From Parachlamydiales bacterium (GTDB taxonomy: Bacteria > Chlamydiota > Chlamydiia > Chlamydiales > SM23-39): 64,000 nt of DNA. The notes under the pieces are model-generated. The model was not told where the DNA came from and ran no database searches. It worked only from the letters and a program-made list of their open reading frames with translations. Positions 50,134-60,165 of the stretch are shown here, in pieces; the first letter of the stretch is position 1, and every line of letters begins with the position of its first letter. The DNA is taken from contig JBNLAH010000003.1 in assembly GCA_050302075.1 (NCBI GenBank), positions 160,001-224,000 of the forward strand. The letters run 5' to 3'. Position numbers and translations under genes: made by a program.

Positions 50134-50651
50134 ATAAGGAAGAACACAGAAAATTATTTAAAAATAGGCTTAAGCTTATTTCTAAAAGGAAGAAAGAAGA
50201 AGTCTCTTTAAGACTTTTAAATATCTTTGATGACCTTAAAAATAAGAGTGTATTATCTTTTGCTAGCATGAAAACAGAAATTGATTTGTGGCCTCTAAAC
50301 CTAAAACTTGCTGCAAATGGAAATCTGTTCTTACCAAAAGTCTTTGAAGACAAACTTAAAATCTACAAAGTAACAAATATCTCTAGCTTAAAAAAATCAA
50401 CAATTGGAATTTTAGAACCAAATAGCACTTTAAGCCATGAAACTTTGATAAATGAAATTGATATCGTTTTAGTGCCAGGACTTGCATTCGACAAAAAAAA
50501 CAATCGGCTAGGATATGGAAAGGGTTTTTACGACAGACTCTTAACTAAATTCAAAGGCGAAAAGATAGGAATTTGCTTTAAAGAACAAGTAAATGAAAGC
50601 ATTCCGGTCGAGCCCCATGATCAAAAAGTCGATCAACTACTTTCCTTTTGA
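50130..50651 (+). CDS. ygfA: 5-formyltetrahydrofolate cyclo-ligase
   Basis: EID, LPKV, GILEP, VPGLAFD, RLGYGKGFYDR, EPHD. Confidence 0.93.
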   Translation: MNKEEHRKLFKNRLKLISKRKKEEVSLRLLNIFDDLKNKSVLSFASMKTEIDLWPLNLKLAANGNLFLPKVFEDKLKIYKVTNISSLKKSTIGILEPNSTLSHETLINEIDIVLVPGLAFDKKNNRLGYGKGFYDRLLTKFKGEKIGICFKEQVNESIPVEPHDQKVDQLLSF

Positions 50652-51061
50652 TTTTCAGGACAGACAGGATATTCTGGACAAATACAATCGGGGCACTCTT
50701 GCTTTTCTTCTTCAGGAGGACAATAATGGTCTCCAGGACAAATACTAGCTCTTATCAAAGCTCCAGGAGATGCCTGATCACAAACTGAGTAAACACCTCC
50801 ATGCTCACACTCCCAAATAACTCTAAAAGGAGTTAAAGAAAAAGTAGGGGTTCCCGGAACATTTAATTGATCTGGTTTGAACTCAGTTGTCCATTGTTTA
50901 AACTCACCAGAGTTCAAATCTTCTCCACCTAAATATATTCCATTTGATGATTGTACGGTTGCTCGCAAAAAATATGGTGAGTCATTCAACAATGATATTG
51001 TTGCTGAATCACAAAAACAACGACTTAGCAAAAAAACAAAACAAACTATAATACATCTCAT
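50633..51061 (-). CDS. small secreted Cys-rich hypothetical protein
   Basis: Signal peptide MRCIIVCFVFLLSRCFC; C-terminal CPPEEEKQECPDCICPEYPVCP. Confidence 0.65.
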   Translation of the reverse strand: MRCIIVCFVFLLSRCFCDSATISLLNDSPYFLRATVQSSNGIYLGGEDLNSGEFKQWTTEFKPDQLNVPGTPTFSLTPFRVIWECEHGGVYSVCDQASPGALIRASICPGDHYCPPEEEKQECPDCICPEYPVCPENQKESS

Positions 51062-51115
51062 AACTTTATCGATTAACACACCGCTCAAAAAAATAGAAAG
51101 AAAATCGAAAAAAAT

Positions 51116-51145
51116 TTGACATACTTAGTAGACGTACCATATAAG
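51116..51145 (+). promoter_or_regulatory. possible sigma66/sigma70 promoter for the porin pair
   Basis: TTGACA-18 nt-TATAAG, about 120 bp upstream of 51268. Confidence 0.35.
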
Positions 51146-51267
51146 AAAATAAGAACGAAAAAAAAATTTTTTACTTAGTATTCAATAAATACTTATTGAA
51201 AAAATTATCTAAACTGCATAACTTGCTGGTTAAAGTTACGTTAAATGTATAACTGGAGAACCCAAAA

Positions 51268-52419
51268 ATGAAAAATAAACTCCTAAAGCATATGCTCTGG
51301 TTCATTGCAGCAATTGCAACAACTACAGTATATGGTGGACAACAAGTTGCTGGCGACTGCTGTGAGCCTTGCGATTCTTGTTGCGAACCATGCCCATGTC
51401 CGCCACAAACAAGACCGTTTGATCAAGGATACGAACTATGCCCTAACAATATGATGGGCGCATACAATGCACCCGCTAGAATCGATGTTTGCGGTTCTTG
51501 GGATTTCTTTATTGATGCATCATTTATTTATTGGCATGCAAGCGAAGAAGCACTTGAGCCAACATTATCTGATGAATCAGCAAATGGATTGCCAATTGTA
51601 AATGGACAGATTACACAAATGGATTTCAAGTATGAACCAGGATTTAAAGTTGGAATTGGTTACAACTTATCCTGTCACGATGACTGGCAATTTTATCTAG
51701 AATATACTTGGTTACACTTTGACCAAAGTGTTTCAACAACATCTCCGGCTTTTGGAGTGTTATACCCACTTCATTCGCATCCAGCTTTCTCATCAGCTTT
51801 TGATGTGACATACGCTAGAGAAAAATGGGATGTTGATATCGACTTATTAGATCTTGAAATGGCAAGACCACATTACGTTGGAACAATGTTGACCTTAAGA
51901 CCATTTATAGGTTTAAGAGCTCAATGGATCGATCAAAAGCTTACCACTAGGTATTCTGGAACAACTGGAACAGATGCACTAGAAGAAGCTAACTTCAGAG
52001 TTACACAAAATTCTAAGACATGGGCAGTAGGTCCAAGAGTTGGTGTGGACTCTAACTGGCTATTGGGTTGTGGATTTAGATTAATTGGTAATATCGCTGG
52101 AAGCATTGTATACACTAAATATAGTACACTTGATTACAAAGAGCGCAATTTAGTTAGCGAAAGCGATGTCGTAGATGTTAGTGAAGAGCAAAAAGTTCTA
52201 AGACCAATCTTGGAATTCCAAAGTGGTTTTGGCTACGGAATGTATTTCTGCAACAACGCATATCATTTCGATATTGCAGCAACTTATGATTTCCAACACT
52301 TCTGGAATCAGAATGCGTATAGAAATTTTGTAGATAATACAGCTGTTGGTAAGAGCTTTTCTAACTACGCCAATTTATATTTACACGGTTTAACACTAAC
52401 TGTAAGATTTGATTTTTAA
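51268..52419 (+). CDS. MOMP-like (Lpg1974-type) outer-membrane porin
   Basis: Signal peptide, Cys-rich N-terminus, FIYWHA, PGFKVGIG, GLRAQWIDQ, GPRVG, C-terminal HGLTLTVRFDF. Confidence 0.8.
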   Translation: MKNKLLKHMLWFIAAIATTTVYGGQQVAGDCCEPCDSCCEPCPCPPQTRPFDQGYELCPNNMMGAYNAPARIDVCGSWDFFIDASFIYWHASEEALEPTLSDESANGLPIVNGQITQMDFKYEPGFKVGIGYNLSCHDDWQFYLEYTWLHFDQSVSTTSPAFGVLYPLHSHPAFSSAFDVTYAREKWDVDIDLLDLEMARPHYVGTMLTLRPFIGLRAQWIDQKLTTRYSGTTGTDALEEANFRVTQNSKTWAVGPRVGVDSNWLLGCGFRLIGNIAGSIVYTKYSTLDYKERNLVSESDVVDVSEEQKVLRPILEFQSGFGYGMYFCNNAYHFDIAATYDFQHFWNQNAYRNFVDNTAVGKSFSNYANLYLHGLTLTVRFDF

Positions 52420-52447
52420 AGTTAATTAAAATATGGAGAAACTTAAA

Positions 52448-53614
52448 ATGTTTAAGGTTTTGCTCAAAACTTTTGCTGGCTTAACTGCAGCTTTACTGCT
52501 TACAGTTAATGCTTATGCTGATTGCTCTGGATGTACACCAGAGTGCTGTCCTTGCGACTGCCCTAGTCCTGAATGTCCAACCGAATGTGGATGCAGCTTC
52601 TGTGATGAAGAGTGCAGCCCAGAAGGTTACAATCAAGGAGAAGTAGTTTGCCCAAATCAAATGATGGCAGCTTACAATGCTCCGGCAAATATCGATGTAA
52701 GATGTCCTTGGGATGTTTTCGTAACAGCATCTTTCATTTACTGGCATGCTAGTGAAGAAGGATTAGAATACGCTATTTCTTCAACAACAGCGCCAGGACT
52801 TCCAATTACAAACGGAAGAGTAATTGATTTTGATTACGCTTATAAACCAGGCTTTCAAGTCGGATTAGGAATTAATCTTGGCTGCGACGGTTGGGATGGA
52901 TATGTTGAATATACATGGTTACACTTCACAAGAACTGATAGTGCAACTAGATCTGATGCCAATGGTGCATTAAACCCAACATGGTTACACCCAGCTAACA
53001 ATATAACAGATGCTATTAGTGCAACCGCAAAGTGGAAACTACGCTTAGATATCATCAACTTCGAACTTGCTAGATCATACTATGTTGGAACACATCTAAC
53101 ATTTAGAACACATTTTGGTCTAAGAGTACCTTTAATTGACCAAGACTATAATCTAGGTTATGTTTCAGAGGCAGTTCAAGATGTTATAGTTCACTCAAGA
53201 AACTCTTCTGATTCTTGGGGTATTGGTCCTAGAGCTGGTATCAACACTAACTGGCTACTTGGCTGTGGTTTTAGACTCTTTGGTAATGCAGCAGCTGACA
53301 TTGTATACACAAGATATAAAGTTACACGCAGAGAAACTGATACCAATGGAGATGTTGTTGTTGATATAACTAATCGTGACAGACTAAGAGTTTTAAGAAG
53401 CCATGCTGAAATGGAATTAGGACTTGGTTGGGGCACATATTTTGACTGCAACAACTGGCACTTTGACTTAGCTGCAAGCTATGATTTCAACTACTTCTGG
53501 GATCAAAATTCTTTCAGAAGATTCTGGGATGATGCTGCAGTTGGTAAGAGTACTACAGATAGAGGAGACTTATTCCTTCATGGTCTAACTATCAAAGCTA
53601 GATTAGACTTCTAA
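52448..53614 (+). CDS. MOMP-like (Lpg1974-type) porin, tandem paralogue
   Basis: Same motifs, C-terminal HGLTIKARLDF. Start ATG 52448 after GGAG. Confidence 0.8.
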   Translation: MFKVLLKTFAGLTAALLLTVNAYADCSGCTPECCPCDCPSPECPTECGCSFCDEECSPEGYNQGEVVCPNQMMAAYNAPANIDVRCPWDVFVTASFIYWHASEEGLEYAISSTTAPGLPITNGRVIDFDYAYKPGFQVGLGINLGCDGWDGYVEYTWLHFTRTDSATRSDANGALNPTWLHPANNITDAISATAKWKLRLDIINFELARSYYVGTHLTFRTHFGLRVPLIDQDYNLGYVSEAVQDVIVHSRNSSDSWGIGPRAGINTNWLLGCGFRLFGNAAADIVYTRYKVTRRETDTNGDVVVDITNRDRLRVLRSHAEMELGLGWGTYFDCNNWHFDLAASYDFNYFWDQNSFRRFWDDAAVGKSTTDRGDLFLHGLTIKARLDF

Positions 53615-53635
53615 GCCTAATTTAGTTGATAAGAT

Positions 53636-53668
53636 AAAAACCAAGCTATTAATTTAGCTTGGTTTTTT
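53636..53668. terminator. bidirectional intrinsic terminator
   Basis: AAAAACCAAGCTA-ttaatt-TAGCTTGGTTTTT between convergent genes. Confidence 0.85.
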
Positions 53669-56317
53669 TTATTTATTAAAATCTTCAATTAGCTTTGCCA
53701 CAAGACCGCTCCATCCAGTCTGATGAGAAGCGCCAAGACCTCTTCCAGTGTCGCCATGATAATGTTCAAAAAAGAGTAAATAGTCTTTAAAGTTAGGATC
53801 ATTTTGCATTTTTAAATAGTCACCAAAAACAGCTCTACTGCCATCTTCTTTTTTGGTAAAAATATTAATTAATGAGTTAGCAAAGTAGTTTGTCATTTCC
53901 TGATATGTAACTGACTTTCCATTTTTATCTTTTAAAACCTCTTCATTTTTATAAACACACGACAAGCTTTCAAGAGTAGATATCAACAGGTAAGTTGTTG
54001 GAAACCAGATTGGACCTCGCCAGTTAGAATTTCCGCCTTTAATCTTCCCCAGAGCCTCTCCAGGTTCATATTGAATATGATGTTCTCCAAATGAAAATGG
54101 ATTCTTTTCATGGTACTTAGAAATGCTTCTAAGACCATACTGAGACTTAAACTCGTCTTCGCTCCATAAATATTTAAAGAAAGACCTCTGCTCATCTTTA
54201 GACATAAATCCAAAGACGTATGTTGAATCATTATAAACATCAATAACTTTTTTAATTAGATCCGAGCGATTATTTAAAAACCAATTAAAGTTAGAAGAGA
54301 ATTCTGGGTATTTTTCTAACTCTTCTTTGCTGATAAAGTCATGGGCAAAAAATGGAATGATTCCAACGAGTGACCTAATCTTCAGTTTGACTTGCTTATT
54401 ATCAGGATAATTAATTGAACTATAAAACCAACCATCTTCTTTATCCCATGTATCATAGTTTCTCCAATTACCTTTTCTCATAGCAGCACCGATATATACA
54501 TAGTGCTCAAAAAACTTTGTGGCAAGAGATTCATAAACCCTATTTTTTTCAGATAAAATAAGGGCTATTTTCATCATATTCAAACAAAACATCCCCATCC
54601 ATCCAGATCCGTCTGTTTGATCCAGAAGGGCACCGTCAGGAAGCTTTTTAGACCTATCAATCACAGTGATATTATCAAGTCCTAAAAACCCACCTTCAAA
54701 GACATTGTTTCCCTTAACATCAACCTTATTAACCCACCATGAAAAATTTAAAAGCATTTTATGAAAGCACTTCTCTAAAAATTGATAATCAGCTTTTTTA
54801 TTCTTGCTCTTTTCATAGTTAAAAATTTTAAGAGCTGTAAAGGCTTGAATAGGGGGGTTGACATCACCGAACTCCCATTCATACGCTGGCACTTGACCAT
54901 TTGGATGAAGAAATTGATCAAACAAAAGCTGCCAAATCTGCATTTTAGCAAACTCAATGTCTATCGGTAAAAAAGCAAGCGATTGAAATGCCAGATCCCA
55001 AGCTGCAAACCATGGATATTCCCACTTATCTGGCATGGAAAAAATACGCATTGAATTCAAATGACGCCAGTGGTTGTTTCTAATTTGCGCTCTTTTTTCT
55101 GATACCTTACTGTCAATTTCTGAGCTCTCTAGCCATTTACTAACATCAAATAAATAGATCTGTTTAGACCAGATCATGCCGGAAAGTGCTTGTCTTTGAA
55201 TATTTTTTTTATCTTCAGAAAACTGGCTGCTTTGAATTGAGCTATAAAACTCATCCGCTTCTTTTTTTCTTTTCTTAAGTACTTTATCAATATCTTTAAA
55301 AGGGTTATTAAAGAATGTATCACAAAGCCTGAAGTAAAGAACTCGTGAGCCTTTAGGGGGAACTGAAATCTCGTAATCAAAGCAGGCTTTTGTGCCCTTG
55401 TTCTCTGGATTTATTACATCTTCGTTATTTACAATTTTTCTGTGAAACGCATCTTTGAAAAAACTTCTGCCCGAATCAATATTCCAAATACTTTTTGTGT
55501 TTGTTTCATTATCGGTAAAATAGCACTTACCGCCACCAACTCCATACAAATACCTTTTTTTAAGCTTATAATCAAAAGGTAGGTTTCTAAATTTGGGAAA
55601 ATCCTCATCATCCGCAACTATACAAATGCCTTGTTTATCAAGCTCTTTTTTTTCAATTATAGGATACTTTTGATTATCTTTTATGTGAGACCAGGTATTT
55701 CTAAACCAAAGCTGAGGTATGACATGAAGCGGACTTTCAATGTCTGATCTATTAAAAACTTCAACTTTAACACAAATATCTTCTTCATTATTTTTTGCAT
55801 ATTCAATAAAGATATCAAAGTATTTATCATCATCGAAAATCTTGGTGTCAATAAGTTCAAACTCACGCTCTTTGGATGTTCTCTTTTTATTCTCTTCTCT
55901 TAGTAAATCATATGGAAATTCCTTAAAAGGATACTTATAAAGACACTTTAAGTAGGAATGAGTTGGAGTAGCATCAAGATAATAATAATACTCTTTTACA
56001 TCTTCTCCATGATTTCCCTCATCTGAGGTAAGACCAAAATACCTTTCTTTTAAAATGGGATCTTTTTTATTCCAGAATGCAAAAGAAAAACAAAGGACTT
56101 GATACCTGTCACTGATCCCTGCAATTCCATCTTCGCCCCATTTATATGCTCTTTTATGAGCATGATCAAAAGGAAAATAATTCCAAGCATCACCATTTTC
56201 GCTGTAATCTTCCCTTACAGTTCCCCAGCATCTTTCAGATAAATATGGTCCCCATTTTTTCCATAAGTTGACAGGTTTAGTTATCTTCTCTAACCGTTTT
56301 TGTTCTTTTGTCTTCAT
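53669..56317 (-). CDS. MGH1-like glycoside hydrolase (GH63-like glucosidase)
   Basis: WGPYLSER.WGTVREDYS, PDKWEYPWFAAWDLAF, NSNWRGPIW, GASHQTGW. Confidence 0.88.
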   Translation of the reverse strand: MKTKEQKRLEKITKPVNLWKKWGPYLSERCWGTVREDYSENGDAWNYFPFDHAHKRAYKWGEDGIAGISDRYQVLCFSFAFWNKKDPILKERYFGLTSDEGNHGEDVKEYYYYLDATPTHSYLKCLYKYPFKEFPYDLLREENKKRTSKEREFELIDTKIFDDDKYFDIFIEYAKNNEEDICVKVEVFNRSDIESPLHVIPQLWFRNTWSHIKDNQKYPIIEKKELDKQGICIVADDEDFPKFRNLPFDYKLKKRYLYGVGGGKCYFTDNETNTKSIWNIDSGRSFFKDAFHRKIVNNEDVINPENKGTKACFDYEISVPPKGSRVLYFRLCDTFFNNPFKDIDKVLKKRKKEADEFYSSIQSSQFSEDKKNIQRQALSGMIWSKQIYLFDVSKWLESSEIDSKVSEKRAQIRNNHWRHLNSMRIFSMPDKWEYPWFAAWDLAFQSLAFLPIDIEFAKMQIWQLLFDQFLHPNGQVPAYEWEFGDVNPPIQAFTALKIFNYEKSKNKKADYQFLEKCFHKMLLNFSWWVNKVDVKGNNVFEGGFLGLDNITVIDRSKKLPDGALLDQTDGSGWMGMFCLNMMKIALILSEKNRVYESLATKFFEHYVYIGAAMRKGNWRNYDTWDKEDGWFYSSINYPDNKQVKLKIRSLVGIIPFFAHDFISKEELEKYPEFSSNFNWFLNNRSDLIKKVIDVYNDSTYVFGFMSKDEQRSFFKYLWSEDEFKSQYGLRSISKYHEKNPFSFGEHHIQYEPGEALGKIKGGNSNWRGPIWFPTTYLLISTLESLSCVYKNEEVLKDKNGKSVTYQEMTNYFANSLINIFTKKEDGSRAVFGDYLKMQNDPNFKDYLLFFEHYHGDTGRGLGASHQTGWSGLVAKLIEDFNK

Positions 56318-56320
56318 TAT

Positions 56321-57310
56321 TTATTTTTCTTTCATTAGAGCATATTCAGCGCACCCCAAAAGCGCAGTCCTAGCCTCTAGGACTATTTTCACCGGCATTG
56401 ATTCTAAAATGTCGATCATTCTTCCTTTTTCCTCGAAGCTCTTTAAAAAGCTTGGAAATCCATCCAACTTATTTTTTTTAATAACATCTAAAATTTTAGG
56501 AGCTATCCCACCTCCAATATAAACTCCGCCAAGAGACAGGAATTTAAGTGCTGCATTTCCAACTTCTGCTCCGTATAAAGAAACAAACCAATGCAAAGCT
56601 CTTTTACACGCCGGATCTTTTTCTTTTATGCCCATATCGGAAATATATAGGGGAGGATCTTCAACCAAGTCTATATCAAACTGTCTCTTTTCCTTTCCGG
56701 TATTAACTAAAAACTCATAGAGCTCTAAAATGCCAGGACCTGAAACGACCCTTTCATATGACACATGTCCATATTTTTTTCTCAAATATAAATACAGCTC
56801 AACTTCAAGCTCATTTCTAGGTCCAAAGTCAGTGTGTCCACCTTCACAAGCAAATGGCAAGTGACGCTTTTTATCCCCATCCCAGTAAAGACCAGCCTCG
56901 CCTAGGCCGGTTCCAGCCGATATTAGTGCTGCATTTCCAGGGTGGTGCTCACCCTGATTCAATATGAAAAAATCTTTCTCATTGAGTGACTGTATTCCCC
57001 AAGCATTTGCCTCTAGGTCATTGATTAAGTAAACTTGAGGAAGGTTCAGTTTTTTTGATAAGTCTTTTCCATCTACAATCCAAGGTAAGTTTGTAGCTTG
57101 AACCCTGTTTTTTTTAACAGGACCTGCTATTCCAAAACATGCACCTTCTATTTTTTTGTTTTTAGTTTTTAAAAAGTCTTCAATTATATCGCTTAATGCC
57201 TTGTAAGCCTTACTTGAATAGCTCTTTTCATCAATGCACTTTAATGGTTTTTGCCGATTAAACAATGCAATTCTTGTTTTTGTACCACCAACATCCGCAA
57301 CTAATAACAT
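56321..57310 (-). CDS. glk: glucokinase
   Basis: ADVGGT, GIAGPV, TNLPW, INDLEA, GTGLG, EGGH, ERVVSGPG, GGGIAP. Start ATG 57310 after GAGGTG. Confidence 0.93.
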   Translation of the reverse strand: MLLVADVGGTKTRIALFNRQKPLKCIDEKSYSSKAYKALSDIIEDFLKTKNKKIEGACFGIAGPVKKNRVQATNLPWIVDGKDLSKKLNLPQVYLINDLEANAWGIQSLNEKDFFILNQGEHHPGNAALISAGTGLGEAGLYWDGDKKRHLPFACEGGHTDFGPRNELEVELYLYLRKKYGHVSYERVVSGPGILELYEFLVNTGKEKRQFDIDLVEDPPLYISDMGIKEKDPACKRALHWFVSLYGAEVGNAALKFLSLGGVYIGGGIAPKILDVIKKNKLDGFPSFLKSFEEKGRMIDILESMPVKIVLEARTALLGCAEYALMKEK

Positions 57311-57439
57311 TAAACACCTCTTTAAATTGTTTTTTACATATATGACAAAAAATGTGAAAGCAAGAAATGCATCACTTGACGACAACACCAAACCTCTTCA
57401 AACTTATAAATATCAAAATTAGCAACTGGAGTTATTTTT

Positions 57440-58462
57440 ATGTCAGCAGATGAAGGAAAGAAAAAAGCATTAGAACTTGCAGTAGCTCAAATTCAAAAGC
57501 AGTTTGGAAGTGGAGCTATTATGAGCCTAGGTAATAGGAGATCTATACAAGAGATCGGGGTGATCCCAACCGGCGCGGTTTCTTTAGACTTAGCATTGGG
57601 AATCGGAGGAGTTCCAAGAGGGCGAGTAGTTGAAATCTACGGACCAGAATCTTCCGGTAAATCAACCCTAGCCTTGCACATTGTTGCAAACGCTCAAAAA
57701 AACAACGGAATAGCTGCATACATAGATGCTGAACATGCACTAGATCCAGCTTACGCAAAAAAAATAGGAGTCAATATTGACAACTTAATGATATCCCAAC
57801 CAGACTCTGGTGAAGAAGCTTTAAACATTGCAGAAACACTCGCAAGATCAAATGCTGTTGATTTGATAGTTATTGACTCTGTCGCAGCTTTGGTTCCCAA
57901 GAATGAACTAGAAGGGGAGATTGGAGACTCTTTTATGGGCTTACAAGCTAGAATGATGTCCCAAGCTCTCAGAAAGCTTACATCAAGTTTGGCTAAAAGC
58001 AATACTTGCGCTATTTTCATCAACCAAATTAGAGAAAAAATTGGAATTATGTTCGGAAACCCAGAAACTACAACAGGTGGACGAGCTTTAAAGTTCTACT
58101 CATCAGTTAGAATGGACATACGAAGGACAGCTTCAATAAAGGGAAGTGACAACGCTGAAATTGGGATAAGAGCAAAAGTCAAGGTTCTAAAAAATAAAAT
58201 GGCCCCTCCATTTAAAACTGCCGAGTTTGATATTTTATTTAACGAGGGAATATCGCACATCGGCTCTATATTAGACGTTGGAGTTGACCTCGGAATTATA
58301 GACAAAAAAGGAACTTGGTTTAGCTTTGAAGGTCATAGACTAGGACAAGGGCGAGAAGCTGCGAGAGAAGAGTTAAAAAATAATGAAGAAGTATTAGCAA
58401 AAATAAAAGAAAAGGTAATGGCAACTGTTGAAAGAAGCACAACAGAACCGGCCTCAGTTTAA
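57440..58462 (+). CDS. recA: recombinase A
   Basis: [41 protein letters not shown]. Confidence 0.99.
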   Translation: MSADEGKKKALELAVAQIQKQFGSGAIMSLGNRRSIQEIGVIPTGAVSLDLALGIGGVPRGRVVEIYGPESSGKSTLALHIVANAQKNNGIAAYIDAEHALDPAYAKKIGVNIDNLMISQPDSGEEALNIAETLARSNAVDLIVIDSVAALVPKNELEGEIGDSFMGLQARMMSQALRKLTSSLAKSNTCAIFINQIREKIGIMFGNPETTTGGRALKFYSSVRMDIRRTASIKGSDNAEIGIRAKVKVLKNKMAPPFKTAEFDILFNEGISHIGSILDVGVDLGIIDKKGTWFSFEGHRLGQGREAAREELKNNEEVLAKIKEKVMATVERSTTEPASV

Positions 58463-58476
58463 ACTCTTAGGGTGCG

Positions 58477-59358
58477 TTAAACTTTTGTTTTAGCGCATCC
58501 TGACATGTCCCACAAAACATCAGACAATGCATCGATAGAGTTACTCTTTAAATTCAATGTGTTTAGACTTTTTTGAAAAGAACTAAAGTGACTTTCAAAC
58601 ATGCGATTTGACTCATCTAATCCAACTACTTGAGCGATATTAGTGTGGTCATTTTGACTACCAAAGTCATTAATATCATCAGCAATTTGGAAGGCCATGC
58701 CCAAATGATATGAACAGTTTTTAACTTCATCTAACACTGTCAGATCACCACCGCCAAATACCCATCCTAAAATGCAGGACACCTCAAATAAGGTTACAGT
58801 CTTCTTTTTTATGACATCAATCAAGGTCTCAAAACTGTTATTTGGCAAGTTTAAATCTAAGAACTGTCCTTTCGTAGCTCCGTTAATTCCAGCACAAGCG
58901 CTAACAGCACTTAAAGCAAGCATACCGGCTTTGTTTCCATGTTCCTTACTTGTATGACTTGATAAAACATTTGCTGCATTATAGATGCCTTCATATCCCA
59001 TAGCAATAAGTGTATAACTTACTAAAATAGCAGTTGACTCAGAAAAAGCAAGATGCAAAGAGGGTTTTCCTCGTCTTGTTTTTTCATCATCCATACAAGG
59101 AAGGTCATCTGCTATTAAAGATGCTGTATGAAAAAATTCACAGCTTAAAGCTGCGTCATTAACTTCAAAACCATTTCCTAAAGCATCAGCGATTAGCAAG
59201 ACCAAAATAGGTCTAAAACGCTTCCCACCACTTTTAAGGGAAAATTCGCAAGCGTCACGCAGCAAAGACTTTTCTCCCATGCTAGCAATCGCCTTATCAA
59301 TAGACTTTTCAACACTCTTTAGATATTTTTTAAGATGGAAATATTTGTGCATAATCAA
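58477..59358 (-). CDS. ispA: polyprenyl (FPP/GGPP) synthetase
   Basis: GGKRFRP, ADDLPCMD..RRGKP, GQFLD, KKT, FQIADD. Confidence 0.9.
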   Translation of the reverse strand: MIMHKYFHLKKYLKSVEKSIDKAIASMGEKSLLRDACEFSLKSGGKRFRPILVLLIADALGNGFEVNDAALSCEFFHTASLIADDLPCMDDEKTRRGKPSLHLAFSESTAILVSYTLIAMGYEGIYNAANVLSSHTSKEHGNKAGMLALSAVSACAGINGATKGQFLDLNLPNNSFETLIDVIKKKTVTLFEVSCILGWVFGGGDLTVLDEVKNCSYHLGMAFQIADDINDFGSQNDHTNIAQVVGLDESNRMFESHFSSFQKSLNTLNLKSNSIDALSDVLWDMSGCAKTKV

Positions 59359-60026
59359 TTATTCAAAACAATGTTATTCTCAGAGTGAACTATACTCATT
59401 TCAGCAATCATACCTTTAAGGGACAAGTTAGGATAACAGATAACTCCCGGACCAATAAAAGTTGCTGGATTAGTCACAACATTACAGCCAATTTGGGCAC
59501 CGTTGCCAATAATGGCGCCGAGCTTTTTTAAATTTGTTGGTATAACTTGACTTTCAAAAAAAACATTGATTGTTTTTTTGTCCAATCGGTAATTAGCACA
59601 TTTTACACCAGCTCCCAAATTAACATCATTACCTAAAACAGAGTCTCCAATGTAGGCAAAGTGGGCCGCTTTTGCTCGGTCAAATAAAATAGAATTTTTA
59701 ACTTCAGTCGCATGTCCGATTAAACACCCTTCACCAGTTAACACACAACCTCTAATGTATGCACCATGCCGAACAATAGAGTTTTTTCCGATATAACATG
59801 GTCCTTCAATGTACGCTCCAGGCTCTACAACGGCATTTTTTTCAATTGTAATCAACTCAGGGTTGATAAGATATGCCTTTTCAGAAACATCGCCTTTAAT
59901 CACGCCTAAATCAAGCGTTTGCAAATATGCTTTCAAATTAGAAATCAAATCCCAGACATATTTTCTTTGTGTCAGTCTTGGGTGAAAAGAATTTGAATTT
60001 TTAAAAAAATAATCAACATTTATCAT
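59355..60026 (-). CDS. hexapeptide-repeat acyltransferase (GlmU C-terminal-like)
   Basis: Left-handed beta-helix repeats, HFAYIGDS.LG..VNLGAG, AN. Confidence 0.8.
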   Translation of the reverse strand: MINVDYFFKNSNSFHPRLTQRKYVWDLISNLKAYLQTLDLGVIKGDVSEKAYLINPELITIEKNAVVEPGAYIEGPCYIGKNSIVRHGAYIRGCVLTGEGCLIGHATEVKNSILFDRAKAAHFAYIGDSVLGNDVNLGAGVKCANYRLDKKTINVFFESQVIPTNLKKLGAIIGNGAQIGCNVVTNPATFIGPGVICYPNLSLKGMIAEMSIVHSENNIVLNN

Positions 60027-60165
60027 TCTTATGATTTTACATCAGTTGGTAGTTTGACTTAAGGATTTTCTTATTTCTTTTATTTTCCTTTTCTATTCTT
60101 GTGGATTTGTTGATAAGATAAGGGGAACTCTTAGGAGAATTTACTGTTCATAACCTGTTTAAGAA

